From a virus (taxonomy: Duplodnaviria > Caudoviricetes), in IMG/VR virus record IMGVR_UViG_3300022540_000584, positions 1 through 56,903 of that record: a DNA stretch of 56,903 bases. The stretch is one strand, 5' to 3'. Below, piece after piece: positions 39,075-49,502 of the stretch; the first letter of the stretch is position 1, and the number at the start of each line of letters is the position of its first letter. Made by a program: the position numbers and the translations under genes. Under the pieces are notes generated by a model. The model was not told the origin of the DNA and did not search any database. It saw only the letters and a list, made by a program, of their open reading frames with translations.

Positions 39075-39260
39075 CAAAGCAAAAGACCACCGCTTTGTGT
39101 GAGCCGGTTCCCAGGTCGGCCAGGCGAGCAGATGCGGACACCATGCACGACACTCCGACCCACACAAAGTTGTGGTCTTGCATCTGCTCGTTATTGCGCC
39201 TTGGGACAGACGACTGTTTGTTAATCATCTATATTATATACCTTTTGCAGAATTTGTCAA
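39075..39260 (-). promoter_or_regulatory. Promoter and structured leader of replication operon
   Basis: TTGACA-N16-TATAAT (39260-39233) followed by two interleaved inverted repeats. Confidence 0.75.
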
Positions 39261-39263
39261 ATC

Positions 39264-39680
39264 CTATCTCTTCACCAACGGCAAAAATAGATAACCAAGA
39301 ACAGCCCGATAGTCCTGGCTCCAATATATCACGACGGCTTCCGGTTGGCAAGTCCAGTTGATGCAGGCTTCCATTCCCGGCTCCGGGTCCTCATCATAGA
39401 AGTTGGACCATGGCAGGGCGTAGAGGCCAGGCGGGAACCTCTCGCGGACGACCCAATTCTGCTCATGTCCGTTCCAGGGGCAGCAGGAAGCGCGAGCGTA
39501 ATTGATGTCTACTGAATATGAAGTGGCCTGGGAAGTCGACCACAACTCCAGGGTTAATTCATCGGGCGTCGCCCGCCTGATCGCTATGCCGCACCAGTGA
39601 TAGGCCGGTCTGGCGCTGACGGTGACGACGCTCGACAGAAGCAAGATGACGGCAACCGTTGGTTTAACATGAGACTTCAT
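39264..39680 (-). CDS. Secreted protein with C-terminal FLPLVKR motif
   Basis: Signal peptide, ends YLFLPLVKR. Confidence 0.7.
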   Translation of the reverse strand: MKSHVKPTVAVILLLSSVVTVSARPAYHWCGIAIRRATPDELTLELWSTSQATSYSVDINYARASCCPWNGHEQNWVVRERFPPGLYALPWSNFYDEDPEPGMEACINWTCQPEAVVIYWSQDYRAVLGYLFLPLVKR

Positions 39681-39698
39681 TATCCCTCTCCCGATTTA

Positions 39699-41734
39699 TC
39701 AAGGCGTCGCCTCTTTGCACTCCGGGCAACAGCCCAACACGACGCCGTCGTCATCGGCCTCGACGTCCCTGGCCCTGCCCGGGACGTCCCACCCCTCGCG
39801 CGTCAAGGCGTCAAAGAATTCTTGCTGGTAGTCGTAGGTGTCCAGCCCGTGGTCAAAAACGGACATGCTTTTGCCGCATTCCAGACACACAATGCAAACG
39901 ATAGGCCACAGGCTCATCAAGGCCCCGCCATCATCAACTCAATTATCACCGCGTTCTGCTGCGCGACAGCCTGCAGCAAGAGTATCTGGTACTCAGCGGC
40001 AATCAACTGTTGCTCGGCGATGCGCTCAATGCCAGGGGCGTAAGCGTCAGTGTGGTAACTGTCGGCGGCGCCGGCGACTATCCACTGTTGCCGGTCGAGC
40101 AACGCCTGTACCTGCCCCGCGTGCTCCTCGATGCGTGCCGCTTGCGCCCGGCGGTCTTGCAGCACTGACGTGGCGAAATAGACGTTGTTGACTAGTAAGG
40201 CCATCAGGGTGATGAGTAAATACGCGAAATCGCCTTTGCCTTTCATTGTCCTTTCCTCCTGTCGTTCTATGGTTGATTTGTCAACTTGCCCATTCTCAAT
40301 ACTTTCAGCAAATGTCGCCTGCGCCTGGCTTTCGTCTTGTCCCGCTCGTATACCCCCGGCCCGACAATTACAGTTGCCAGCCACGGCGTTGCGTTGCGTG
40401 AGATATAGAAATACCACGGCCATTTCCGGCCATAGAATTTAATCGTGGGATGAAAACAGAGCCACTCCCGCCGCGTCCTGATATTCAATGCGATGTGCAT
40501 GGCATTGAATCCGTATATGATAACTGGCCCGACTCGAATATATCCCCCGAGATGAGATTCGAGCCAATTCTCAACATGCCTTCGTGTTTTGCCAATATCA
40601 AACTGTTCTTGTGTTGCCGTTCCCATGTGATATTCCCCTTCTCGCTGCCCGCCTCAATGCGTCAAAGACGGGCGGTAGGTCCCCATCATTAAGCTGCACT
40701 TGCTAAAACTTCGCGTACCTCATTTAGTGTCATCTGTCCTTTCCTCCTTGATTTATCACTTCACTACATCCTGCGATCAATTCATCCAGCATCTTTCCCA
40801 GCGCCGCTCGGTATTCCCGTTCTTTCGCCGCCGCCGCGCGCCTGGCCTCGATCGCCACTTGCCACAGGCGCTCGGCTTCTATGCGCAGAGCCTTGACTGT
40901 TTGTCGATCTGCCATGCCTCTCCTTTATTCGGTCAGCATCCTAAACAGCATCCAGAGCCAGAACGCCAACTCCAGCGCCACCAGCACCCAGACGGCGACA
41001 AGTAGTATCTCTCTCAGGATGCGCAATGGCCTCATTTGTCAAATCTCTCTGCCGCCCGCTCTGCCTACCTGCGCCTGGGCATCAACGCCAGCGCCATCGC
41101 CAGCGGAGACCAAAGCGGCGACGTGATGAACAGCAGCCCGAGGCCCACCTCGAGCGCGCTGTATCCGTCGAGTTCTGCCGGCCTGTCGCCCGCCGCCGAG
41201 GATAGCACTATCAGCGTCACCAGAATTACTATAGCAATCATTGCGATCACTCGCTTAGTGTTCATGGTTCCCTCTCCTTGCCGCCCGCCACCGGTGCGCT
41301 GGAGACGGGCGGCGGTTACTATGTCTGCTCGTATTTCACTCCAATACAATGAATGTATAGCGGAATAATGCCGAAAAGGAACCATCCGCGCCATTGCGCA
41401 ACTGTGTATTTCAGCATTGGGAATGGCATATGTTCATGTTTCTTTGGTTGTCTTCGCTTCCTTCTGGTTGTCCAGTATCTATGGATGATCATTTTGCCTC
41501 CTCTTGCTCCTCGTCTCTCACCCGCTCAGCCTCGGCCGCCAGCCGCTCGGCATGCTTTTGCTCTCCGGCGCGCATCGCGTCCACGAGTTTCTGCCATATC
41601 CTTTGTTCCCTGGCAATTCGTTTCTCCTCTTCGCTCATTACGCTTGCTCCTTATCTAGTTGCGGCTCCAGCAGTTCCCAGATCCCGCTCCGCGCCAGGTA
41701 GAAGCGCATCCGCCTCAGCGCCTTAACCTCGACC
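39699..41734 (-). other. Cluster of small early ORFs (Zn-ribbon 39699..39920, TM proteins, 40267..40626, 40730..40915, 41065..41265)
   Basis: Tightly coupled minus-strand ORFs with AGGAG RBSs; no family recognised. Confidence 0.6.
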
Positions 41735-42120
41735 TGATGCGCCCGCTGTCGGTTGACGCCGAAGACGGTGCCGGTTTCCCGCAATGTATAGCGTGGCCCG
41801 TTTAGCCCGAATCGGCGCGTGATGACTTGTGCACCGCGCTCGTCCAGCGCGGCGACCGCTTCCACCAACAGCACTTTGACCTCAGTAGTGAGCACTAAGC
41901 GCTCACTACCGAACAAGCCGCGCAGCAGGGACGTCCACGCCTCTGTCTGCCAGTTCGGTAGCGCCGGTGGCCGGTAGGGTTCCTGCCCCCCAATTGCGCG
42001 GTGCAATAGCAGGCGCGCCGCCTCTGAGCGGTTGAGGCCATACTCGGCGGCCCAGGCATTTAGCGCCTCCAGCAGTTTGGTGGGCAGGCAGAAGTTCAGG
42101 CGGTCATCCATCGTCATCAT
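41638..42120 (-). CDS. Ribbon-helix-helix plus sigma70 region 4 fusion
   Basis: RLNFCLP..LLEALNAWA..GLNRSEAARLLL (RHH); LDERGAQVITRRFGL..TLRETG..FGVNRQRAHQVEVKALRRMR (sigma4). Confidence 0.85.
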   Translation of the reverse strand: MMTMDDRLNFCLPTKLLEALNAWAAEYGLNRSEAARLLLHRAIGGQEPYRPPALPNWQTEAWTSLLRGLFGSERLVLTTEVKVLLVEAVAALDERGAQVITRRFGLNGPRYTLRETGTVFGVNRQRAHQVEVKALRRMRFYLARSGIWELLEPQLDKEQA

Positions 42121-42225
42121 TCGCGCTCCTCTCTGTCTAGCGCTGCGACGACACATATTCCCCAGGCAATGCCCGTCAGACAGGCGAAGATGAAGACGAT
42201 GACGAGGCCGGGGCAGCATAGTTGC

Positions 42226-43060
42226 TTAAGTTCCCGCATTGCCCGTCTTCTCTTCGTGGATTTGGCTTGGTTCTGGATAATCTATGACACCACGCCCTGG
42301 ACTTTCCCAAGTGGCGGCGTAGGCGATGGCTTGATTATACATTCTTACCCGTTCATCATAGCGGATCGTCATGTCATGAAGCTCTCGTTGCAGCCGCTCA
42401 ACCTTCGCCACCAGCGCATCGACAATCTCAGTCGGCATAGTCTGCGACGAAAGCCAACTGCTTGCGGCCTGCCGTTTGACCTGCTCCAGAACTAGGCTAT
42501 TCAGTTTTCGCTTGAAATGAACTAGAGTGCTCATTCTGCATCCCCCTCTGGCTCCAGTTCTGCCAGGCGCTTATTGATTTCAATGATAGCATCCGCAGCA
42601 GTGCACCAGCACTGCTTACTAGGATTGTGTTCCCACCATATTTTCCTTAATGTTACTATTGCAATCCCCAGGCACTCATCCCTGACGCGGTTCTCGTGTA
42701 GTGCCCGCGTTAGCATCCGCCGTGAGGCTGCTTCGAGGCGCTCCAGATGGGCAGTCGCTGCCTCCAGTTCCTCAATGCGCTGTGCAGCATAGGCCATCAA
42801 TGGGTTACCGGTGTCCCAGCGCAAGAGTTCGGTGATCTTCGCGTTCATTTCAGGATATGTCTTTATTGTCATTCCGTGTCCTTTCGTCTCTCTCGTGCCA
42901 GCACTATGCTTTTCAAGCCAATCTCAAATAACCCGGTATGCTCACGGTATGTTGTTTTGTATCCCAGTTGTTCGGCTTGCTCAGCACTACCCGGCATAAC
43001 CAATGCCGTCGGCGGCGGCCCAGCGCAACAACCCGCCGTCTCAACGCCTTGTGAGTTCAA
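42226..43060 (-). other. Small coiled-coil hypothetical ORFs (42226..42534, 42531..42872)
   Basis: Coupled minus-strand ORFs. Confidence 0.6.
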
Positions 43061-43324
43061 TCATACAATCTCTGGGGCAATTGCAGCATCTATCATCACG
43101 TGGCGGACAAGCGTCACGCGAATCTGCCCGTGTGGCCCGTCGCAGAGATTGAGAATGCGTTGAGCCACGGCAAACGATAAGTTGCTCGATTTGCCACGCT
43201 CAATCTGTGATATGTAGTTGCGCGATAGTTGCAGATGCTCAGCGATTTGCTGCTGGCTCAGATTATGCTGTTTGCGGTAGGAACATAGCAATAGGCCGAA
43301 GTCAGGATAGGTTATGTTACTCAT
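43061..43324 (-). CDS. XRE-family HTH regulator
   Basis: RKQHNLSQQQIAEHLQLSRNYISQIERGK. Confidence 0.9.
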   Translation of the reverse strand: MSNITYPDFGLLLCSYRKQHNLSQQQIAEHLQLSRNYISQIERGKSSNLSFAVAQRILNLCDGPHGQIRVTLVRHVMIDAAIAPEIV

Positions 43325-43676
43325 CTTTTTGCCTCACCCGCGCCAACACCCCGCCGCCAGTTCTCAGTATCTCAACATGCTCCTCTGGCACATCCAGTTT
43401 CACGGCGGCCAGTTTGCGTGCCTCCTCGTCAGTTGTCGACGGCCAGAAGCAGGACCACCAGCCATGAGGTCTCTTCATTTTATCACTCCAATTGAGACAG
43501 CATTAGATGCATGCGGTGTAATTTTGAGCTTGCTCATAAAGCTGCTTATATACAATTCACTGTTTTCAATCCTGACAGTGACGCTATGCTTGTCATCCAG
43601 CATAAATTCAATACTGAGAAACAGAGTAGTGTCCAGTTGCTCACGGATAAGTTCATTATCTTGTAATCTGATTATG

Positions 43677-44045
43677 TTAACCTTCATCGCTTGCCTCCAG
43701 CGCCAGCGCCTCCCTGATGCGCTTGGCCTGCTCGCGGGCATCGTCGATCATTCTGAGCATTGGCCCGCGCAGAAGCACCGGCACTTGTACATCTGTACTT
43801 TTGGCGAGAGCGATTAATCCGTCTAGTAGTGACGCCAGTTCCGGTGTCATCAGTTCTGCCAGCCTCGCATTGCGGATATACCGATCGCGAATCTGCTTGG
43901 TAGATTCCTTTGAACGCCATAGTCCCTGGTTGGTGAACGCCCCATCCCAATCGTCAGGCACTTGGGCGTATAACATCTCGTCAAACAAATTTTCACTGCT
44001 TAATGCCATGAGGCGATCTCTGTATTCCTGTTGCCACTTAAGCAT
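43677..44045 (-). CDS. Hypothetical protein with shared C-terminal domain
   Basis: RNARLAELMTPELASLL...REQAKRIREAL. Confidence 0.7.
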   Translation of the reverse strand: MLKWQQEYRDRLMALSSENLFDEMLYAQVPDDWDGAFTNQGLWRSKESTKQIRDRYIRNARLAELMTPELASLLDGLIALAKSTDVQVPVLLRGPMLRMIDDAREQAKRIREALALEASDEG

Positions 44046-44418
44046 TTAATGCTTCCTTAATCTTCGTAACCAATTCGCGGGCACTCTTACGATCCTTGGC
44101 GCCTTGTCGCACGTCAGGAGCGACGCCGTACTCACTCGGAAAGGTACTGTTAGCTAGTCGTCTCAGCAGCGCCGCCGTCTCCTCGTCCACCAGCGCGGCC
44201 AGCCTTGCATTGCGGGCGATGCGGGCGTACTTGGCGTCCTCCCTGTCCATCTTGGCTTGCCAGGCCGTTCGGCGCTTTTCAGCCTCGGCCCTCACGCGCC
44301 GAGGATCGTGTTGCCAGCAGTACCATTGGTCGTCATGCTGTACTGTGGCATTGCGAAAACAGCGATGCCAACCCGTAACATCGTATGCTTCTTCTGAGCA
44401 TTCATGTTTGGCTGTCAT
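44038..44418 (-). CDS. Cys/His zinc-finger protein with shared C-terminal domain
   Basis: C..HRC..WYCWQHDP; RNARLAALV...RELVTKIKEAL. Confidence 0.7.
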   Translation of the reverse strand: MTAKHECSEEAYDVTGWHRCFRNATVQHDDQWYCWQHDPRRVRAEAEKRRTAWQAKMDREDAKYARIARNARLAALVDEETAALLRRLANSTFPSEYGVAPDVRQGAKDRKSARELVTKIKEALNA

Positions 44419-45304
44419 CTAGTGCCTCCCTGATCTTGGCGGCATATTCGCGGCCATGCTCAGCTGCTACGGGATACCCTCCTGTTTCGGTGCACCAAGC
44501 CAGTCTCTCTAATAGTTCGCCCAGTCTTGGCGTCACCAGTTGCGCCAGCGCCTCGGCGCCTAGCAGCTTTGACGTGATGTCCTCCCAATCGCTTCGCCGC
44601 TTATCACATTCCTGTTCTAGTAGCTCGGCGCGTTTATTCATGCGGCCAAGCTCATTCCGCGACCACTCATTGAGTTCAACCATGTACCTGAGATTATTCT
44701 CCGCTTCCTGTCGCAACTGGCGCTCGGCCTGTAGCGCTTGCACCATCTCCTTTCCCGTGATTTCCACCACTACTGGCTCTTCCAGTTCTGCTTCTAGCGA
44801 GAGGCACTTTTTAAACCAATAACTGCGCCCATTCATTGCTTCTTCTAGCCGCTCTCGCAAGTCTTTTAGCGCAGCCTCGGCGGCGTCCAGGGTTGCCAGG
44901 TGTTCCTTGGAGTTCAATAATTCCGCTGTGGCGCTTTCCCAGTCCTTGCGCCATTTATCGCGTTCGGCCTCGGCGTCCTGCGCCTCCTTGTACCAGAACT
45001 CACGGTTGTCTGTCACCGCTTTCAGTTGCCGCCCATACTCTCGATTTGCACCTCGTAGGTGCTCCAATTCGGTGCGGATCCGTGTTAATGTCTCTGCCAA
45101 TCTATCATTAGTCTCTCTCAGTATTTCAGTGCTGTATTCATTATTCTCGTGAATCTGCACCAGTTGTTGCCGCAATTCCTTTGTCTCCGTTTGTGCCGAT
45201 ACTCGTGCCTCAACCTCGCGATCAAATGCTGCTTTCAAGACTTGGAGTGAAACAGTCCTTTGCTCTAATTCCTCTTGTGTCTGCGCTAGTTCAATTTTGC
45301 TCAT
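44402..45304 (-). CDS. Long coiled-coil protein with shared C-terminal domain
   Basis: Heptad-rich; LAQLVTPRLGELLERLA...REYAAKIREAL. Confidence 0.75.
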   Translation of the reverse strand: MSKIELAQTQEELEQRTVSLQVLKAAFDREVEARVSAQTETKELRQQLVQIHENNEYSTEILRETNDRLAETLTRIRTELEHLRGANREYGRQLKAVTDNREFWYKEAQDAEAERDKWRKDWESATAELLNSKEHLATLDAAEAALKDLRERLEEAMNGRSYWFKKCLSLEAELEEPVVVEITGKEMVQALQAERQLRQEAENNLRYMVELNEWSRNELGRMNKRAELLEQECDKRRSDWEDITSKLLGAEALAQLVTPRLGELLERLAWCTETGGYPVAAEHGREYAAKIREALDDSQT

Positions 45305-45453
45305 ATCTCTCCTTTCCTTTGTGCGCCGGGACGGGACTTAGGCTAGCGATCCCGTCCCGCCCCGGCTACCAAGCCGCTTGTGTCCAAACCTCGGCGGCCC
45401 GGGCCAGGATACCCATATTTTAGGCTGCCTTAAAAGACGCAAGTGAATGGTTC

Positions 45454-45891
45454 CTACAGAAAGTCCAGGCTGTGAATTCCCAAGCCGGACACTCCTTTGC
45501 CCAGTACGAAGACCATTGAAAAAGCATATCCTGTTTCGATGAATTTGCTTGATGTCTTCTCCGAGAAGCCTCGTTTTATGAGCCAGGCATACATTTCATC
45601 CAGTGACATGAATATCGGGGAGACCGGTGTACCCTCTGTCACGTTCTCATATATCTGATAGCAGGAAGGCTCCCTTGACCATTCTGGCCGGTAGCCCCCG
45701 GGATTAGGCCGTGCGCCAACCCACTCCTCGAATGAAAAGCCACCTCGCGGTTGTACCTGCCATGCAACAAGTTCCTTATACCAATCCCATATTGCATCGG
45801 CAAAGGTTTGATCAAATAGTGGTACATAGTTGCTCCTGATATCCTTCGGGTGTTCCCAGCTGGAAGGCACTCGTCTAATTTCGCGTCCCAT
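45454..45891 (-). CDS. Conserved phage hypothetical protein
   Basis: MGREIRRVP..WEHP...YQIYENVTEGTPVSP. Confidence 0.8.
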   Translation of the reverse strand: MGREIRRVPSSWEHPKDIRSNYVPLFDQTFADAIWDWYKELVAWQVQPRGGFSFEEWVGARPNPGGYRPEWSREPSCYQIYENVTEGTPVSPIFMSLDEMYAWLIKRGFSEKTSSKFIETGYAFSMVFVLGKGVSGLGIHSLDFL

Positions 45892-45917
45892 TTTGTTCTC
45901 CTTTTTTGATCATGCTA

Positions 45918-46457
45918 CTATTCCCGCAACACCTCGCGCACCGTCACTCGCGCCCGCTCCGGCGAGATGCCGGAGAGCGGCATGCCGGTGACGGCGAGGG
46001 TTCCTGTCGGCACGTCCCACGTCGTCACCGGGACGTCAGCCTCGAATCTGATGTCAGAGTAATGGCGGCCCTTTGCCAGCCCGGCCACGTCCTTCACTTG
46101 CCGGGGAGACCATTCCCACTCCAGCGCCTGTTCCAGCCAGTCCAGCGCCTCCGCCGCATCGACAGTCCCGTCTTCGTTTCTGGCTATGTCCAGCACGGCA
46201 TTGTAGAGCGGCAGCGGCACGTCTGGCGTGATGTCGTCATGCGGGAATGTGTCCCACACCTGCGCCAGTCGCTTGACGGTCTGCGCGGAGACGGCCCACA
46301 GGTGCGCCAGCCAGCGTTTTGTTTCAGGCCCGGCGTTCACCGCCACCCAGGCGATCTCGGCGCGGCGGCGGAAAAGCTCTGTCTCGTCCTCTTTGGCGAG
46401 GAGCGCCTGAGCCTCAAATTCGCTTGCTTCCATCATTGCTCTTTGGTAGATATTCAT
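45918..46457 (-). CDS. Hypothetical protein (start probably ~46436-46457)
   Basis: Operon orientation, coding-like composition. Confidence 0.65.
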   Translation of the reverse strand: MNIYQRAMMEASEFEAQALLAKEDETELFRRRAEIAWVAVNAGPETKRWLAHLWAVSAQTVKRLAQVWDTFPHDDITPDVPLPLYNAVLDIARNEDGTVDAAEALDWLEQALEWEWSPRQVKDVAGLAKGRHYSDIRFEADVPVTTWDVPTGTLAVTGMPLSGISPERARVTVREVLRE

Positions 46458-46875
46458 TCAGGTCGCGGGCGATGGTTATGCGAGGTTCCTGCCAGATGGT
46501 CACGAAGTCCGGTTCGAGAACTTTTGCTGCCTTCTCGAAAGCGCGCTTATCCAGTTTTACCGCCCTCGGTACATATACGCGGGCATAATCCAATGCATCA
46601 CCGTCATCGTAGTCCAGCGCCGTGTACATCTTGACCTTGACGGCGGGGTGAGGCGTTTTGTCACCTGTCTCTGTGAAGACCTTCATGGCTTCTTGGCGTA
46701 CTGCAACTTCTGCATCGGTTTGTCTACTCTTTGCCCGGTTGAGGCTTTCGCGCCTGTCTCCTACTTGTTGCCATAGCGGTGAGGCATGCAGTTTTGCCTC
46801 CGCCTCTACAAGTAGCGCCTTCCGCTCTGCTACAACGCTGCGGCGGTATGCCAGGCGTGCGACTTCGTCTTTCAT
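46414..46875 (-). CDS. Gp157/Gam-like coiled-coil protein
   Basis: Coiled-coil N-terminus, KLDKRAFEK; recombination-region position. Confidence 0.5.
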   Translation of the reverse strand: MKDEVARLAYRRSVVAERKALLVEAEAKLHASPLWQQVGDRRESLNRAKSRQTDAEVAVRQEAMKVFTETGDKTPHPAVKVKMYTALDYDDGDALDYARVYVPRAVKLDKRAFEKAAKVLEPDFVTIWQEPRITIARDLNEYLPKSNDGSKRI

Positions 46876-47072
46876 TCCTCGTCCTCCTCGTCTGGCTTGT
46901 CATAATTTGCCAGCGCTGCCAGTAGTATGCCGCCGAACAGCGGGCTAGGGTCAAGGTCCTCCAGCATCGAGCGCGGAACTTGTATCTTCATCTCCGCCTC
47001 GCCGCGCTGGCCTTGATACAGATACTCGCTATTGCCAACTTCTATCTTGAACGTTACGTACAGGTTTTCCAT
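46872..47072 (-). CDS. Hypothetical protein
   Basis: AAAGGAGAG RBS. Confidence 0.65.
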   Translation of the reverse strand: MENLYVTFKIEVGNSEYLYQGQRGEAEMKIQVPRSMLEDLDPSPLFGGILLAALANYDKPDEEDEE

Positions 47073-47123
47073 TGCTATTCTCTCCTTTCAGGCCGCCGCA
47101 GCGGGCCGGCCGCCCGGCTGCTG

Positions 47124-47996
47124 TTACCGCAATTCCACCAACGTGATGTCCTTGTACTTGCCATCTGGCTGCGACGGCGTCCAATGCACGTTAACAGCCA
47201 GCTTATACTCCTCGCCAACGGCATCGAAGTGTGCCGCTTCCCAGCCCGTCGCTGCCAATGTGGGCGCGATTGCTATCAACTTTTCACCGCCCAGTGACCA
47301 GGGGACTTCGCGGAATTTCCGGTTAGGCCGCCAGAACTCAACTACCGGCTTACCCTTCGGCGCGGTAATCTTGATGATCTCCGTCTGGATGACGCCGCCC
47401 GAGGCCTGCCCGCGCCCCGGCAGGCGGGCCTGCCCGTTTCCGGCGGGCGGCAATGCGGATGCTGCGGGATGAGAATGGCTGGCGGGTGGCGGTGGCGGTG
47501 CATGCTTGCCACTGTCCGGTGCAGGTGGCGGGGTGGGACGTCCATCAAATGGCTTGGGAGGCTTGGTGGCCGGTTGCTTATTCGGTGTATGCCTTTGCGC
47601 AGCCGCACCAAAGTTGAATATGTTTACCAGTGACATGGCTGCATCCATCAGTGCCAGTGCGGTTGCCACCAGGTCATCGGGCTTAGCCCCTTCCCGCGCG
47701 GTCAGGCCGATCCGCGTACCGCCGGGGGTATAGAGGTCGCAGAAGGCGATCACTCGCGCCTCTACATGCTCCGGTTTCTGCAAAGTCAACGCAGCGCGTG
47801 CGCGGCGGGGCACGATGCCAGCGGCGTAGTTCTGGAGCAGGGCCATGGCCGCCGCCTTGTCGCCGTCAAAGTCCCTGGTAGATTTGACGCCAAGTGCCTG
47901 GTGCACCTCATCCTCAGTCAGGCCCAGGTCGCCCTTGGCATAGGCCCAGAACTTCTTGCGGGTGGCATCATCCTCAATCCAGTGCTTCTTGCTCAT
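47124..47996 (-). CDS. Putative ssDNA-binding/recombination protein with Pro-rich linker
   Basis: First long gene after promoter; OB-like C-terminus GKYKDITLVELR. Confidence 0.5.
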   Translation of the reverse strand: MSKKHWIEDDATRKKFWAYAKGDLGLTEDEVHQALGVKSTRDFDGDKAAAMALLQNYAAGIVPRRARAALTLQKPEHVEARVIAFCDLYTPGGTRIGLTAREGAKPDDLVATALALMDAAMSLVNIFNFGAAAQRHTPNKQPATKPPKPFDGRPTPPPAPDSGKHAPPPPPASHSHPAASALPPAGNGQARLPGRGQASGGVIQTEIIKITAPKGKPVVEFWRPNRKFREVPWSLGGEKLIAIAPTLAATGWEAAHFDAVGEEYKLAVNVHWTPSQPDGKYKDITLVELR

Positions 47997-48156
47997 TTCC
48001 TATCTCTCCTTTTTGTGATATTTGGCACAGCCGCCGGGAAGCCCGCCCTGCCGCCGTGCCTACTTGCTTACCTGATTCATTTGAGTTGTCATCTGTGACT
48101 GCATCCTCCTTTTGTCAATGCGTTTTTGCGTTTTGGACCAACACCTATCTTGACTT

Positions 48157-48185
48157 ATTGTAACATAAAACTTACATCTTGTCAA
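48157..48185 (-). promoter_or_regulatory. Sigma70 promoter
   Basis: TTGACA-N17-TACAAT with extended TG. Confidence 0.8.
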
Positions 48186-48211
48186 GTTTTAGTTTTGTCA
48201 GAACCAGGCGT

Positions 48212-48493
48212 TTAAACCAAGTTCTCTTCATCGCCCTCTCCTTTCACCGCCGCTATGGCGGCGATTGTGCGATCTCTTACGGCTTCCCATCTCGTTCGTG
48301 ATACACCGACGGCGCGGAGGGGTTGTAAGTAACACTCTGCTTGGTCGCGAATAGCCTCCAGCGCCTCCAGCATCTGCGGCGCGGCGGCGGCAAGTTGCGC
48401 CTGGCGCTCATCTTGGCAACTCATTAGATACCATCCCTCGTCATCATAGATATTATACATGCCATTTGGATGCAATTCAACTTTCCAGATCAT
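48212..48493 (-). CDS. Hypothetical phage protein
   Basis: AQLAAAAPQMLEALE motif common in phage early proteins. Confidence 0.7.
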   Translation of the reverse strand: MIWKVELHPNGMYNIYDDEGWYLMSCQDERQAQLAAAAPQMLEALEAIRDQAECYLQPLRAVGVSRTRWEAVRDRTIAAIAAVKGEGDEENLV

Positions 48494-48879
48494 CGCCCTC
48501 TCCTTTCCGCCAGCGCATCCAGCGCCAACCGTGGGATGCGCCACGATCCGCCCTGGCCAGCGCCCCCCTTCCCGGTTATCTTCATCGATCCGGGTAGCAG
48601 GCCATTGCGTGCCCACAGGCAGATGTCGTGTGCCGACACCTTGTCAAAGTTGCCCATCTTCTCCACCAGGTAGTCGGCGGCTTCTGCGGCGGTGCACCAA
48701 TCGCCCAGGTTATCGGCAACAATCCTCAATGCATCTTCGAGTGTATCCCATGCGCTGGTCATGCGCGGTACAAATACAACCCATTCGCTCGCTCCTGTTT
48801 TTCTGACATGCGCAGCACTGACAACGCCATTGACGCTAACGTGGATGCTGTCACCGATATGTACTATCTCAAAGTTCAT
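48490..48879 (-). CDS. Excisionase/MerR-like HTH DNA-binding protein
   Basis: TAAEAADYL...ICLWARNGLLPGSMK...WRIP. Confidence 0.8.
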   Translation of the reverse strand: MNFEIVHIGDSIHVSVNGVVSAAHVRKTGASEWVVFVPRMTSAWDTLEDALRIVADNLGDWCTAAEAADYLVEKMGNFDKVSAHDICLWARNGLLPGSMKITGKGGAGQGGSWRIPRLALDALAERRGR

Positions 48880-49097
48880 CGCTATCTTCTCCTTGCTCTC
48901 GCTTGCGATCGGCCTCACGCACCTGCGTAACTCGCACGCTTGGCGGCTCTGCGGGCAGCGGTAGCCGCTCTGCTATCGCAATCAGCGCGTGGGCGATGGC
49001 GAGCAATGCATTGAACTGTGAGCGCTCGCTATTGCCATACATGGCACGTTCGATGTGTCTCTCCGCATCCCGTAGATGATGCTTCATCGTTCCCTCC

Positions 49098-49502
49098 TCA
49101 TATTCCCGCGCTTTCGCGGCTGTCTGTGATCCGACTCCGCGGCTTAGGCTCAGCGGCCAGCGCCTCGTAGTCGGGGGCCATCGGGTCGATCAATGTGCCG
49201 CGCCACTCCAGCACGTCACCCAGCAGCATCAACATGAAACCATCTGGGATAGTCCAGTACCGGTTGCATTCTGAGCATGGATAGAATAAGTACTCTGCGT
49301 TGCCCCGCTCCCGATACCACGCCAACGGCGCTATCGCTGCCACTTCCATCACTTCCAGCGTCTCACGGTGCACCGACTTCATCCCGTCTGGCCGCCCACA
49401 CCAGTGACAAAACTCGAACTTGAGCCTGCCGCCGAGGCGGGCCTGGGTGGACTCGTGGCGGCGGTCGTCGCGCTCCAGGTCGAGTCTTTCATCTATGCTC
49501 AT
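49098..49502 (-). CDS. Zinc-ribbon hypothetical protein
   Basis: CHWCG...PCSECN. Confidence 0.65.
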   Translation of the reverse strand: MSIDERLDLERDDRRHESTQARLGGRLKFEFCHWCGRPDGMKSVHRETLEVMEVAAIAPLAWYRERGNAEYLFYPCSECNRYWTIPDGFMLMLLGDVLEWRGTLIDPMAPDYEALAAEPKPRSRITDSRESAGI

